Assembly (NCBI GenBank): GCA_029953675.1
Contig: JAMWBK010000002.1
Location: forward strand, 2,046,001-2,110,000
Length of the DNA: 64,000 bases
Reading direction: 5' to 3'
Source: Rhodosorus marinus CCMP1338
Lineage: Eukaryota > Plantae > Rhodophyta
A model generated the notes under the pieces. The model did no database searches. It was not told the origin of the DNA and saw nothing but the letters and a program-made list of their open reading frames with translations. Shown here piece after piece: positions 32,311 to 44,223 of the stretch. The position numbers and the translations under genes are program-made. Position 1 is the stretch's first letter. Each line of letters begins with the position of its first letter.

Positions 32311-35300
32311 AACTCCCTCGTGATATTAACCAGGAGCTCTAGTCATGCACATCAGGTAATCAGCCGGAGTGTATTCTTGTCTCCTTGACCACCTATTACG
32401 CAGGTGGTCCACATCGAAATGGCACCTAGTCCGGAAGTTGCTTTTGCATTCTGAACAACAGTACCCGCGCTCAGATCCTTCTCTGGAGTGGAAGAACTCC
32501 AACCTGCATTGGCAGAGTGAGTTCCGAATAACGAACGGCGTCTGAATGCCAGAAAACCGTTGATGGTGCACCACCCCATACCGCATGTCGACGTCCAATC
32601 GAAAGCGTCCGCATGTGCACGAAAAGCACCTCAGGACAAAGCGCCTAATTCTCACCTTGGATCGGCTCCGGCTCGGAGAACGATCCATTCGCAACTGAGC
32701 CAAGCCCAACTGAAGCTGATGGTTTTCAGAATGATAAAGCTGTACGCTTGTAGTGGTATCCCCTCCGTCAAGCGCTCATAGGCAGAGGGAACTGAACGAA
32801 TGCTACTTCAGACGCCGAACTGTCGACAACGGAGCGTCATGACTGACTCCTTGCCATTAAGCTTGAATCTCCGCGATTGCTTCGTGCCTGGAAATCAGGT
32901 CATCGCCATCTGCAGAGGCTAAACCGCCGGTTCTCGGATTGGCAAGTGACCTCTTCGCGTTTTAGCTGAGCAAAAGCGAAGCTGATGGTTCAAGATGATG
33001 AACATGTGAACTCGTCGCGGCCTCCCAACCTCAAACTGCCAAAGCAGTGGGAATTGAAAGAAGTTTGCCAGACTACAATGGCCAATTGGGATCGTGTTAC
33101 GACTTGAATCTTTGCTTTCAAGCTCCAATTCTGCTTTGTTTGTGGACGCGCGTCATCAGCGTCTTGTCTCGCTTCTCAGGGTAGTTAGGCTCTGAATAAA
33201 CGGATCTTCAATCTTTGCTTGGCAAGTGCAGTCTAAGCGAACATCCGCACAAATGCAAAAGCAAGCTTCCAAGCCACTTGAAATCTGAGCAAGTTTTGCA
33301 AATCAAGAAGCTAAACTAAGACCCGTCATTTGGAGCTTTTCACTACTCCAACTCAACTTGAGCAATGGCGGTCGTAAATAGACGGTTTTTGGAAGCCTAT
33401 CTCGTATGCAGTCCTGAAAGCTGGAGCGTTCCGGACTCCAAACCTTGTGCAACTAGTTTTGCCTTCTTGCATCGCAAGCTTCCAATCCGCAAGACTGAAT
33501 CCGAGGAAAACCAAGGGGCTTGACAATACCTAGGCGTACTTCACTCAAGTATTTTCGCCGGGGCGGACGGGGAGAACATCCTTCGTCACAAGAATTCACA
33601 CAAACAAATTTTCTTCACCAATTTCCAAACAGACCTACCTCGCTGAGGCCTGCGTTCAGACTTTTTCTCCAAGTCGTGAGAATGTGCACTACGCGTGGGC
33701 AAATTTCTCCTGGTAGGTGGAAATCGAAGTGGATTGTGCAATCTCTGACAAACCATATCAATACCGGAGATATTGTTTGGGACACGGTCAGTCATGACCC
33801 CAACTCAAACCAACTATACGATGTTCGTCGCGCCGGAATTGCTTCTAGCCGGTGTGCCGACAAGGGATATCCAGGCATAACAAGGAGGGCAGATGTGTCG
33901 TCCAAAGGAATGGAGGGATTGGAAGGTAGAGCTGCCCTCTAACGTAGAACGATCGATTGCTTGCATTGCTGAGCAACCCCAGTTGTGTAAAAATAGCTAC
34001 CCTTGGCGGACTCTTACCGCTTGTACGAAATACTTGTTCGATCGCTTTGTCACGAGACAATCGGTGTGTGGTTCATTTGGAATCCCCTGAACATCAGCAC
34101 TCACCAAATTGGAGGCGAGACAAAAAAAAGAAAATACAGTTGTTTTTTGGCAGTGCGTGCTACCACCGTTGGCGCCGTTGGCGGTAACACGCACCTTTCT
34201 AAAAGTTGTCAACCCAGTTTAGAGTTTTGGGAATCAATATCCCTGTCCTGCTTTGATTCATCAATCAATAAAGTTCACAAAGAATCACGTGCGACTTTCC
34301 TACCCTGTGTACTCAAACATGGTCGGGTTCCGCCTCCAGCCCAATCTCTTCCGAAATTTATGATTATTCAATATATATCTTTTTTTTTAGAGATAAATCC
34401 CAATCCTTCATTCCCCCTGTCTTGATTTTTTCGGTTTAGCATATTGTCTTTCGCATCAGCTGGTTGTGGAGAGACAACAAAGTTCCTATTTTTTAGTATC
34501 CGCACATTTTCAGGCTCCATTAGCGAATTTATTTATTTTTAAATAGTTACATTGGACTGGGCAAGTCCAATGTAAGTTTGCCAGACACCTCCATGTCGGA
34601 ATTAAATGATTTATCTTATGCTAGCGTCCCAACACAACAGGTTTAGCAGACCACAATTAGAGTACAAAATAACTTTTCGTCCGATAAAGGTCCGATATGG
34701 TCTATTGAGTCCGAAATTCCTCAATCAACAACATATATTGATTGCAATTTCAATCTTCTTATTCCGGGTGCGGTGCCCTGGATGGTCTTCTTCAAGGCGT
34801 TTTGCCTTATTGGAGGCTTCCCTTCTAACATTCTGAGCTTGAGCATTTTTGAGGGGTGTACAACAGCCTGCCGCTTTGCAAATAATAATAATAATTCAAT
34901 ATATGGACTAGAGATGATTGAGTACTTGTGACAATCTTGATTGAGTATGGCGCGTTTTATCGGACCGTTTGTCCTGACATATCGGACAGGTGTAGATCAA
35001 TATCTTCTTTTGGAACGAACCGTCATTTTCGTAGAAACTAGAAACTATCCAAGTATATCGGGCTTATCCAATGCAGTCCTTTGTTGTTCATAGAAAACAT
35101 CTATTGGATAAACGCCAATGAACAGTATTCAATACTATCTATTATTTATTAGAATGTTCGACGTCGTCGGCGGAAACGACTGGTCATCCGGAAAAACTGA
35201 TTTCATTTATTATTATGAGAATCTGTTGGTTGATCCAAGCATAATATCAACTTGATGGCGAATGACATCATCTCGTCCGCGGTCCATCAACCAATGGATG

Positions 35301-35340
35301 GCCTTCTGAGGAACCAAAACTGCGCCTGTATCGCACAAAC
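32311..35340 (-). mobile_element. Heavily decayed Ty1/copia LTR-retrotransposon pol relic
   Basis: Minus-strand motifs in copia order PR-INT-RT-RH: LCDTGA (~35330), PVRYVRT-NG (~34975), VWKLV (~33620), KAKLVAQG (~33450), GDDLI (~32900), GGAP..FSGIQT (~32560), RTRCHFDV and PAD (~32400-32360), then a purine tract GAGGGAG (32313-32319) just after the stop; many stops and frameshifts; no matching 5' LTR found. Confidence 0.65.
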
Positions 35341-38300
35341 TTTAGCAAATAGTGGAAAGCAGGACAAACTTCGCTTGCTTACCCGCAAACTTTAGTTTTA
35401 GATTGTACCAGTTACTTGATGTCCTGAAAAACCAATCTGTCGAGTATTCAGGCTAAAGCGGTTCGGAAATGATTAAAACCTTCAGGACCCGTGATTTTTG
35501 TAGTGTTATCGAAGAAAATCTAGAATTGCAGACATAACACAGTAGGGGGTATAGGTTTTCGAAGAAATTGGAGAGTTGTGGCATGCACGACGGAGATGCA
35601 CAGAACGGTGTTTTGATATTTTTTTAGAAGACACGACAGACAACTTTGGGAATGAATTGTTAAATTTTTGAATCAGAACTGGGTTCGGCCCTTCCTATTG
35701 GGAAGTTTTGGCCAATAGAAAGGGAGTTCAAGTCTTCTTGGTAAAATATTTGAATTAATACGACTTGCAAAGTGTGAGATTCCCATCAATACTCCGAACA
35801 CGGGCTTCGAAAAAGGGAAAACCGGGAAAACAACGTTGTTCGGATGCTGGTTCGACGAGCAAGGAAACTAGATCAAATCAGTAAAATCTGACATATATCC
35901 TCAGCTGCCTTATTTATCGTCTCGACAGAGCCTCCTCAGCTGTCAAGACGACTTTGACCTCTTTGCGTTCGAACTTTGCGTTCGAACTTTGCGTTATTGT
36001 TGGACCGGGACAAGTGCATTTATAAATTAGCCCGCTCCCCGCCCCTCAGCAAGCGTCGGCGAGCATTTATCAGGGGAATTTGTCCTTACTTCCCCGCCCC
36101 TCATCAGAGTCTTGCTTACCATTTCCCAGGGTAGCCATGGTCCGCTCTAAATGACTAAAACCCTTGACCAGACACTAGCCACCGACAAGTCACTCTCCAA
36201 TCAATAAGATCAATCCGCATCATTTTGAATCAGTCTCTTGCGTATTTAACCAATGAATTTCTCCCACGTGAACTGTTGTCAATCAAAATATGGGCAGCGA
36301 ACATTTCGACAAAATTTTGTCAGGTTTTTTTTAGTATGTTACAAGGGAATTGGTATGACCGACGTAAAGGGCTAGTAAAGTACATGAAGGCAGGAGGCTG
36401 CCAACCATATAAATTCAGTGGAAATATATATATATATATATAGCTCCAAGCAGATTTTTGGTTTTCCTGAGTAAAAGGAGCCATTTTGGTGTTATATTTT
36501 TTTACCCGGAAAAGCGTTGACCCCCGGAAACCAGCATACACCCAGATTCCAGGCCTCCAAAGATCCTCTCCTCAACTAGCGGGAGTAGTTTTACGCTTTT
36601 CAAGGTACCCAAGCGGAAGAGGGCTTCCTCACCCCCCGAACGGATGACGTCACTTGAATTTAGTACTAAAGATGAGATTTACGACTGATCTGATTTCCAA
36701 GGCGAACATGAAAACGTGAGGAGGATACCAAGAATTTCTAGTAATCAACTCTCCCGCCGACCCCCCTCGATTCTGATTATCCAAGCCACACTCAGAGTAC
36801 CCTTAAAATGACTGCGCGAGTGGAAATTTCTATGCAATTAAATATAAAATGACTGAGTTCAAAATACCGGCACAGAGTACTAGTCGTAAGAGGGCTGAAC
36901 TACTATGCTTCCAAGCAAGGGGTAGTCCAAAGGGGCGGGGTAGATACACGTTCAGCGTGTAGCCAATGACGTCGCTGCGGAGCTTAGCGCATTTTGTGAG
37001 TGGAGAAAATGGAATTTTTCTTTGCCCTTGGGAGAGTTTCCAAAATTCCCCCTAACACTTTCATTCAAAAACAAAAAAGGGGTTGCTTGGTGGATACATT
37101 TTTTTAACGATGAAAAATGGATACGTACGTCAACAAAAAAAATGAGCCCAATCCTTGTTAGTGAGATTGATAATATTGATTGACCGCGGCAGGGATGTCA
37201 TAACGGTGACTTCATTTTTTTATTCCGCTTAAACTTCTCCTCACACTATCCCCCCCCCCCTCGCCTTCGCGCCTAGGAGTTTTCGATGTTAGGTGAGGGG
37301 CAATAAAGAGGCTCGGTGCAAATCCAATACCCATAAGTTTGCCATACAATACATGCAGGAAACGCGCACTAAGGAACCTCGAACCTTCTTCCTATTGAGG
37401 GGCGGAACCCAGGGGTGAAATTGGGGCGCAAGTTTGGACAGGAATACTTGGAAAGGGCTGAAGAGGAAGGGTGGAAGCGAAGCGTGGTGGAAGCGGGGGG
37501 GGGGGGAGGGAGGAAGAGAAGTTTTGACGTTTCTTGATATTTCTATCTATCTAACAGGTCGCTTTTCAGATGATTCATATTTAAATTAAATTTGTATGTT
37601 TTCAAGATATAAGTCAATTTGATAGAAAAAAACGGAACTTGCCAGCAATATTTTAGGACGATGAAAAAAAAAACGAAGAAAGAAAAATTCTGGACCAAAA
37701 AATTGGGAATTTCTTTACCTAGAAATACCTCATAAACAGTGAAAACCACAAATTAATTTGTGGTTGTGCGGAGGACTTGAATATTTTTTATTTAGAAAAA
37801 TTGACAGCGTGGTTGTTTCAATGACAAACTTTGAAAAAAACAGAAAGGGGGGGTATTTAGGTGTGTAGGAAAATGGGGGCTTAAAAGTAGGTTTTTTTAT
37901 GTGTTGTGAGAGAAACGGGGTTTGGAGATGGTGGGAAAAGAGTGAGGGGGAGAAAGAGAGACAGTCAGAGGAGAGTTGGAGATCTGTTTTTTATGCGCTG
38001 AGAAATGAAGGCGAAGTGGATTGTTGCCTTTCTTATAAGGTAGGAATGTGGATAGGGACCTGGAGGAAGGGAGTTAGGTCTTAAGTTTGGAAGTTTGATT
38101 ATACATATGTTTGGGAAAGGGTGGGAACGGGTAAGTTGCTGGAGTAGTAGGAGGACAGGAGCTTAGGTTCCGATTTGGAGAGGAGTGGTTTGGGAATTTG
38201 TTGGGGATGTTGCTGGGAGGACTGACAATGGATGCTGGAGTTGCTACAGCAATGGAAGGAGAAGGAGTCTTCGTCTGACGTCTGTAGAAAGGAAGGCTTT

Positions 38301-38380
38301 TTCGTGGAAGTGTTTGTTGTAAATTTTCTTGATTGGCTGAGTCTTTCAGGGGCGCTTCTGTTGAGCGGGGGAAAACAAAC

Positions 38381-39601
38381 ATGGGGCAGAAAAAGTTGAA
38401 ACTTTCTCCGGTACTGTTGGATAAGTATGATGTGGATGAATCTGTCCTAGGGAATGGGAGCCGCGGCAGCGTTGTCCATGCGCTCCGCAAGAGCGATGGT
38501 AGAGAGGTGGCCGTGAAAATTGTGTGTAAGAGGGAGTTGAATGAGTGGTCTCAAACTGCGGTGGCTAGAGAGGTTCATGTCTTGAAGACTGTGCACCATG
38601 AGAATATTGTGGAGTTTGTGGATGCTCTCGAGGACCAGCGCTACGTCTACATGATTCTTGAGTATCTGAGGGGAGGGGACCTCTTCACAAGGTTGCAGAA
38701 AGAAACCGCGGTCCTCAGTGAGAAGACGGTCCTCACTTGGGCCTACCAGATTCTAGAACCTTTACAGAAGCTTCATGAGAATGGGATCGCTCATAGGGAT
38801 ATTAAGCTCGAGAATTTCGTGTTCGCTACATCAAAGGACGAGGAGAAGCAGATCCTGAAGATTGTTGACTTTGGTCTTGCGTTCTGGCGACGACCGGGGA
38901 GCGCTATGACGGCCTCAATTCCTTGCGGAACAGTGCAATATTGTTCGCCGGAAATCGCGGCTCAGCACAAGTACGTGCCAGAGCAAGCTGACATGTGGGG
39001 GGTTGGAGTTGTTCTTTATGCCTTGCTGGCGAGAAAACTTCCGTTCTACGATCAATCTCGATCAGGAACCATTGCGAAGATCAAACAATGCAAACTGTCG
39101 TTTGAGGGGGAGAGGTGGAAATCGGTTTCACCAGATACGATCAGCCTGATCAGCAAACTGCTAAGCAAGAGAGGTGCCGACAGACCAAGCGCTTCAGAGG
39201 CTCTCGCCCTCGTTGACGAGTGCCTCAGCGGGGCTCCACTGTCGGATATTGAAGATGATGAAAGCAACGAATCTCGAAGTATGGAGCTGCCTTCGCATAC
39301 TCGTATCCCCGTTGACCCTGAGCCAAGTAGGCAGTGCCAGGGCATGCATAGCTCCTCTGGCTCAGATATATCTCCGGATCCAATTGGCAACTCTCACAAA
39401 CGTAGGAGGAGTTCGTCCGATCCTTTCACATCTTTGCTCAGCGGGATTTTGATGGCGAGCAAGAGGCGCGAGCAGGAAACCGACGTGGAATCTCTGTCCG
39501 GCTCTGACGACGTCGATGAGGACGAGGATGTGGACGAAGCAGATGAGCAGGAGCTTCCTGGCTTTGTCGATGGGCTGTGTGAGGCGTACACTTGTATATG
39601 A
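38381..39601 (+). CDS. Ser/Thr protein kinase, CaMK/CDPK-like catalytic domain without EF-hands
   Basis: GNGSRGSV, VAVK, EYLRGGDLF, HRDIKLENF, DFGLA, CGTVQYCSPE, ADMWGVGV; acidic tail. Confidence 0.93.
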   Translation: MGQKKLKLSPVLLDKYDVDESVLGNGSRGSVVHALRKSDGREVAVKIVCKRELNEWSQTAVAREVHVLKTVHHENIVEFVDALEDQRYVYMILEYLRGGDLFTRLQKETAVLSEKTVLTWAYQILEPLQKLHENGIAHRDIKLENFVFATSKDEEKQILKIVDFGLAFWRRPGSAMTASIPCGTVQYCSPEIAAQHKYVPEQADMWGVGVVLYALLARKLPFYDQSRSGTIAKIKQCKLSFEGERWKSVSPDTISLISKLLSKRGADRPSASEALALVDECLSGAPLSDIEDDESNESRSMELPSHTRIPVDPEPSRQCQGMHSSSGSDISPDPIGNSHKRRRSSSDPFTSLLSGILMASKRREQETDVESLSGSDDVDEDEDVDEADEQELPGFVDGLCEAYTCI

Positions 39602-39896
39602 TGAGTTGGGCGATGTTGCTGCCGGCCCTTGCCATGTTTTTTAATTTTGAAAGTTTTTGTGAAATTTTGTCACAGATTTACTTATTTACTATTGAGTTTT
39701 TTGTCGAGGCCGAGCGAGGAGTACGTATTCTTTGGTTGGTTTTAGGTCATGCACATGTGGCTTTCTTGTAGAGTATTGTTCCCCACACTGCGCAGATAAA
39801 TTGAGATGTTCTTGAAGAACAATGGTCCGAACAATCGAAAAAGTATAGAGGAGCACCTTCACAACCTTGGGAGAGCAAAGACTGCGACCGAGCAGC

Positions 39897-41858
39897 CTAG
39901 TCCACCCAGAACTTGGAGATGTTACCCGAGAGCTTTTCGTGTTTTGCGTCATCTCGGCGTGGAATCCACGCCTGTCGCAAACTTTCTAGAGCGTGTTCTG
40001 CGACAAGGATCGTACCATGTTGCTTATGACACTCGTCATCGCTGATATCCAATTTCGAGACAGAAAAGGACTTGTCCTCGCTCTTCGGGGTCGGCGTGGG
40101 CTCAGACCGTCGATCGAGGTCGTGAACCTCAGCAAGCGTGCGAGGAAAGGCGAGGAACGATTCCTCGCGATTAGAGTCCTGTGGAGCCTCATGAAGATCA
40201 TTCTGCCTTTCAAGAGTGGATTCTATGGCGTCCGCATCCTCACGATCCAACAACCTATGGTGGTGACAATCTTGTGAGGTAAATTCAATCGTCCGAATTC
40301 TATTTGGCATGCAACGAGAGCCCGGCGGCACTCACCTCTTGTTGTTCGTAACCACGGCACTGGTTTCACTGCCGCTGTCTACTGGTTCCCTGTGGATCGA
40401 CGACGTTGACGACGTGATCGGCTGAACCATGAGAGCCCCTTTCTCCCCGGCTTGAACCATCAGCACAGGATCCGACATTGCTGAAGGCCCTCGAACGATT
40501 GCCAGTCCGGACGGGTTCGCCGGGCAGTGCAAATGTGACAATGGTGGTCCAAGCGAAACGTATGGACCGGGATTAAAAGTCTCATCAGAGTGTACGGTTG
40601 ACTCGCGATAGGCCATGCATGAAGCGTCGGATTGGTTTCCGCTTACGATCCTCACGACGAGCTCCATAGTCGATGCCAAGGACTCGACCGCAAGCAGATC
40701 CGTGGGGCCACTATGGAGAGTCCATGACACCATCGGCATGCGTAGAAATCGCTCGTCACATACGAGCACATGATGGTGCGTGGACAGAACTACGTGAAAT
40801 GAGTCTCGCTTACTGATAATTGACTTGAAATGTCGATCGCCGAGAGCCAAGTTCCATTGACTACTCGAAAGAATCTTACTGCAGGTCCCAGATTCCAAAT
40901 CTAACCGCCTAACGTTGAGTTCATCTGCAACTAACAGGCCCCGGGGGTGGACAGTTCTTGTCATGGATAGCCAGCCAACATCGCTGTGAGCTGCTCTTTC
41001 CAAGCCTCTCACCTCGGCGGCGCAAACCGATTTGCGGCCATTGTCTACTCGAACAACTTCCGCGGTTCGGTCAGATCGAAGCACGGTGAATTCTCCAGGA
41101 ACCCACTCGTTGACGCACACAGCGCTGATAAGCCGACAGTCATTAGGACGTCCGACCTTGGCTACGCGACGAAGTCCAGAACCGCGGCCTTCCCAGCGCA
41201 ACAAATAAGCTCTGGTTGCAGATCGTGAAACAGCGAAAAGCTCTTCCCCATCGTAGTGGTTCGTTGTCGCATCAATCCCCTTCACTCTGCTCCTCGATGC
41301 CACCACCTTCTCATCCCCACCGCGTTCAACAAGCAGTTTTCCGTTTTTCCACGCAGACCAGATGTCGACGAGCTCGAGGTCTCTCGCGGAACCATTAGGC
41401 GAGAAGACTGCATGAGTCTCAGACGTAGCTCGAAGACAGTTGCCTCTAAGATGCTCTGGAACTTCTACTGGTCTATAGAGCCTTTCTTGCGTTGTTTCGA
41501 GCTCGTCAACTAGAACGTTTCTTAGCACCGCTGAAGGTATGTATCCAAACCTATCCCCACGATGATGCTTTCTGCTTTCGATTTGGAATCTGTGAGCCCT
41601 TCTCCGTGCGAGGAGTTGTTTGTTTCTTATCGCCTTCTTGTTCGGACTTTCTCGGGCTTGGAAGACGTAGGTGTTGGTTGCCGACGTCACGGGCTCCTCG
41701 TCTTCAACCCCAGCCCCGTCGAAGATAGTGACCGGTGCTGCATTGGGTGCCGCACTGGGTACAGGAGCATCAAGTTCGGTATAGTACGGAACTGTTTGAG
41801 ATCCATACACGCCTTCACGAGCCCACCAAGGCAAAGGCAACAGGGCGCCTCCGTCCAT
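39897..41858 (-). CDS. Protein of uncertain function, possibly TAF1C/RRN6-like beta-propeller (Pol I core factor); 2 exons
   Basis: Long ORF 40332-41891 (first ATG 41858) with beta-rich repeats and LVCDERFLRMPMVSW, resembling the RRN6/TAF1C D.R....P...W motif; intron 40255-40335 links to ORF ending FWVD*. Confidence 0.55.
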
Positions 41859-41861
41859 CAC

Positions 41862-42978
41862 ATGTCGTACGAACAAACTCTTGCTTTGCAACGGGGAGAC
41901 AGGCCTCCAGTACTTCTCAGATACAGACAGTTCATGCCGAACGGTGATGAGGACAACGGTACTTCAACTCTACGATTCTTTCCATTCCGGATCATCTCTC
42001 TTCTGAACAATAACTGAGGCTTTCTCTCCTCTCGATGCATCCAACCAAACCCGTTCGCAAATGTCTAGGCAAGTATGTATGGCCATCGGGCAGAGCTCTT
42101 GCTCAACACGTCGTTGGGATTGAGAACATGTTCCATGATGCCATCGTAATTGAACTCGGAGCAGGAGTTGGATTACCAGGACTTGCTGTGAGTGCTTAAC
42201 TACCCCATTTGAATTCAATCCAAATCCTCAGAGGCTTCTTGAAGAGGCTGACCTGATTGAGAGGTCGCTTCTGTTCACGTCATTTGAAAGGCCGCGTCCG
42301 TTGGCGCTAGAAAAGTGTACCTGTGCGATCGTGCAGAGCATGAAGATGTCCTTGCTCTTATTCAATCGAACATCAGTCTCAACAACCACCACGACGTATG
42401 CGAAGTACGTCCTCTAACTTGGGGCTGCATTGATACAAAACTCCTAGCGTGGACAGTCAAACCGGATGTGATTCTTGGCTCAGACCTGTTCTATAGGACG
42501 GTAAGACGACCTCATGAGAGCACCAATGCAGATGGACTTGATCCAATTACTGATTGGCGGTGCTCTGGATAGGCGGATTTTGAGCCTCTTCTAGCAACGT
42601 TGACGGCGCTCTTCGAAAAGGTAGTGCTGCTAGGTTACCGTTCCATGCGCCAGCACGTTTCGCCTCATCCACCTGCTGTTTTTCTCTTCACAGAATCCTC
42701 AGGCAGTATTCGTGACGGTGTACGAGGAACGAAGCGCTCGACGAACTCTAGGTACGTTTGAGACTATTGCGTTCTCAGGCCAACTCCAGAATTTGCACAA
42801 CAGCTCATGGGCCGATCGGGCACAACATCTTAACCGCTGAAAACCTCTTGTCAACCCTATAGATCCCCTCTTGGAGCTTTGGAACATGAGAGCCGAGTCC
42901 GTTGCTTTCGAGGGATGTGACGAGCAATCGAATTTGTTCCTATATCATATATACAGCCGAGCAGTTCATAAATCTTAG
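41862..42978 (+). CDS. METTL23-like class I SAM-dependent protein methyltransferase (Methyltransf_16 family); 6 exons
   Basis: GKYVWPSGRALAQHV, VIELGAGVGLPGL, VYLCD, LTWG, DVILGSDLFY, TVYEERSA; all introns GT-AG and in phase; start codon uncertain (41862 or 41935). Confidence 0.85.
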
Positions 42979-44223
42979 TCATATCAAAGTCCACGACCTG
43001 GAACATAGGAACGGCTCCCCCCCGGGCCTCGAAGCGAATACCATCCGCGAGACTCGAACCCACGACCTTTGCCCCGTACCCTACCAAAAAAAGAAAAATA
43101 GCAGCCAAAGTCGTATTCGAGGTTTTTAGAAATAATTCTCATATTCAATCTCTTACGAACAGATGACTCTCTGTTGCATCCCAAAACAAGTATTAAAACA
43201 GATATTCACGTTATCAATCAATATTAATCTTTATAACCAATAGAAGAGAAGATAGGGATATATTCACGACTGAGTCAGTCAATATACGGTCCACCAGCTG
43301 AGTTCTTAGATAATTCAGGATTCGAGTCGAGATATTCTTTTCAGTTCTGAAATGCTGTCCCAGACATTCTAAACCGTATTTATGAAATGCATATACGATC
43401 ACGAACTAAAATATAAGTAATGTAATTCTATATATATATGTATATTATGAGTATGCGGGATAAGTTAAACGATGAATACGGAAGGGGCAGCATTTGATGT
43501 TCAGGGTGGGTTTGAGTTCGGAGTGTCGGATGGAGTTTCAGTCCAGATTGTCACTACTCTAGAAGTAATTAGGTGTTTCCCTCTCCCCCCCAAATGTGAT
43601 ACGATTTAAGAATCGTAGTATACGCAACCACTCAACCTCTCAACTGACCGACAGGCTGTGACACGGATAGACAACCCCCAAGAGTACAAACACAAGGCAA
43701 GTGTGGTGGTCTCATCCAGTTGTTAGAAACTCCCCTTTCATAGCCCTGGTAAACCTCCAAGCAGACACCGAATTCCACCTCGTTATACTTTCACGGAGAG
43801 TTCTAGCCAAGTTCGCTCACGAACCCCGATCAGTCTGGATGCACAGACCGTGCTCAAAAGCACCTAGTCCCACGCTGAATGCTGTGTTGAAGACAAGGTC
43901 CCGTCTTGTAGAACTAGAAAACTTTTGAAGAGAACCAGACGCTCTCGTAGTGTAGTCCTTCCAGATCCTTGAGTATCCACAAAAGGTCCTTCACAGGCTC
44001 TGTTAGGAAAGAATTCTCTGATCACCACTGTATTGAGGCTCGTAAGGACTGAGATAGTAAGCGCCTTATGATTTAAGTGTTGGGTTTTTGGGCTGAGGAG
44101 TTGGTGGTGGGGAGGACGAAGGACGCGTTTGGATTTTTGAGTCTTGAAAGGAGAGAAGAAGGTAGTTTCTAGCTTTCCTTGAGGGAGTTTTAGTTTGGAT
44201 TTTTTTTTAATTTGTGGGGAAAG

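Noticed and set aside
32190-32709. CRE-type non-LTR retrotransposon reading (CTCG, PAD, FQQRL)
   Set aside because: The same bases fit copia RNase H motifs better, are colinear with copia RT motifs, and are followed by a polypurine tract
33760-33880. Kinase-like plus-strand text (FVAPELLL, IPEILFG)
   Set aside because: No HRD or DFG nearby; lies antisense within the copia relic
34640-34800. Gypsy-like RNase H reading (PYRTFIGRKVILY)
   Set aside because: Spacing from the protease motif is too short, and overall motif order is copia
36645-36974. TGACGTCA at 36645 and CCAAT-TGACGTC at ~36963 as bZIP/CRE sites
   Set aside because: Short motifs expected by chance over several kb, and 1.4-1.7 kb from the kinase ATG; not supportable without conservation data
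43680-44050. Integrase-like IQTDRGS on the minus strand
   Set aside because: A single short motif with no supporting flanking motifs
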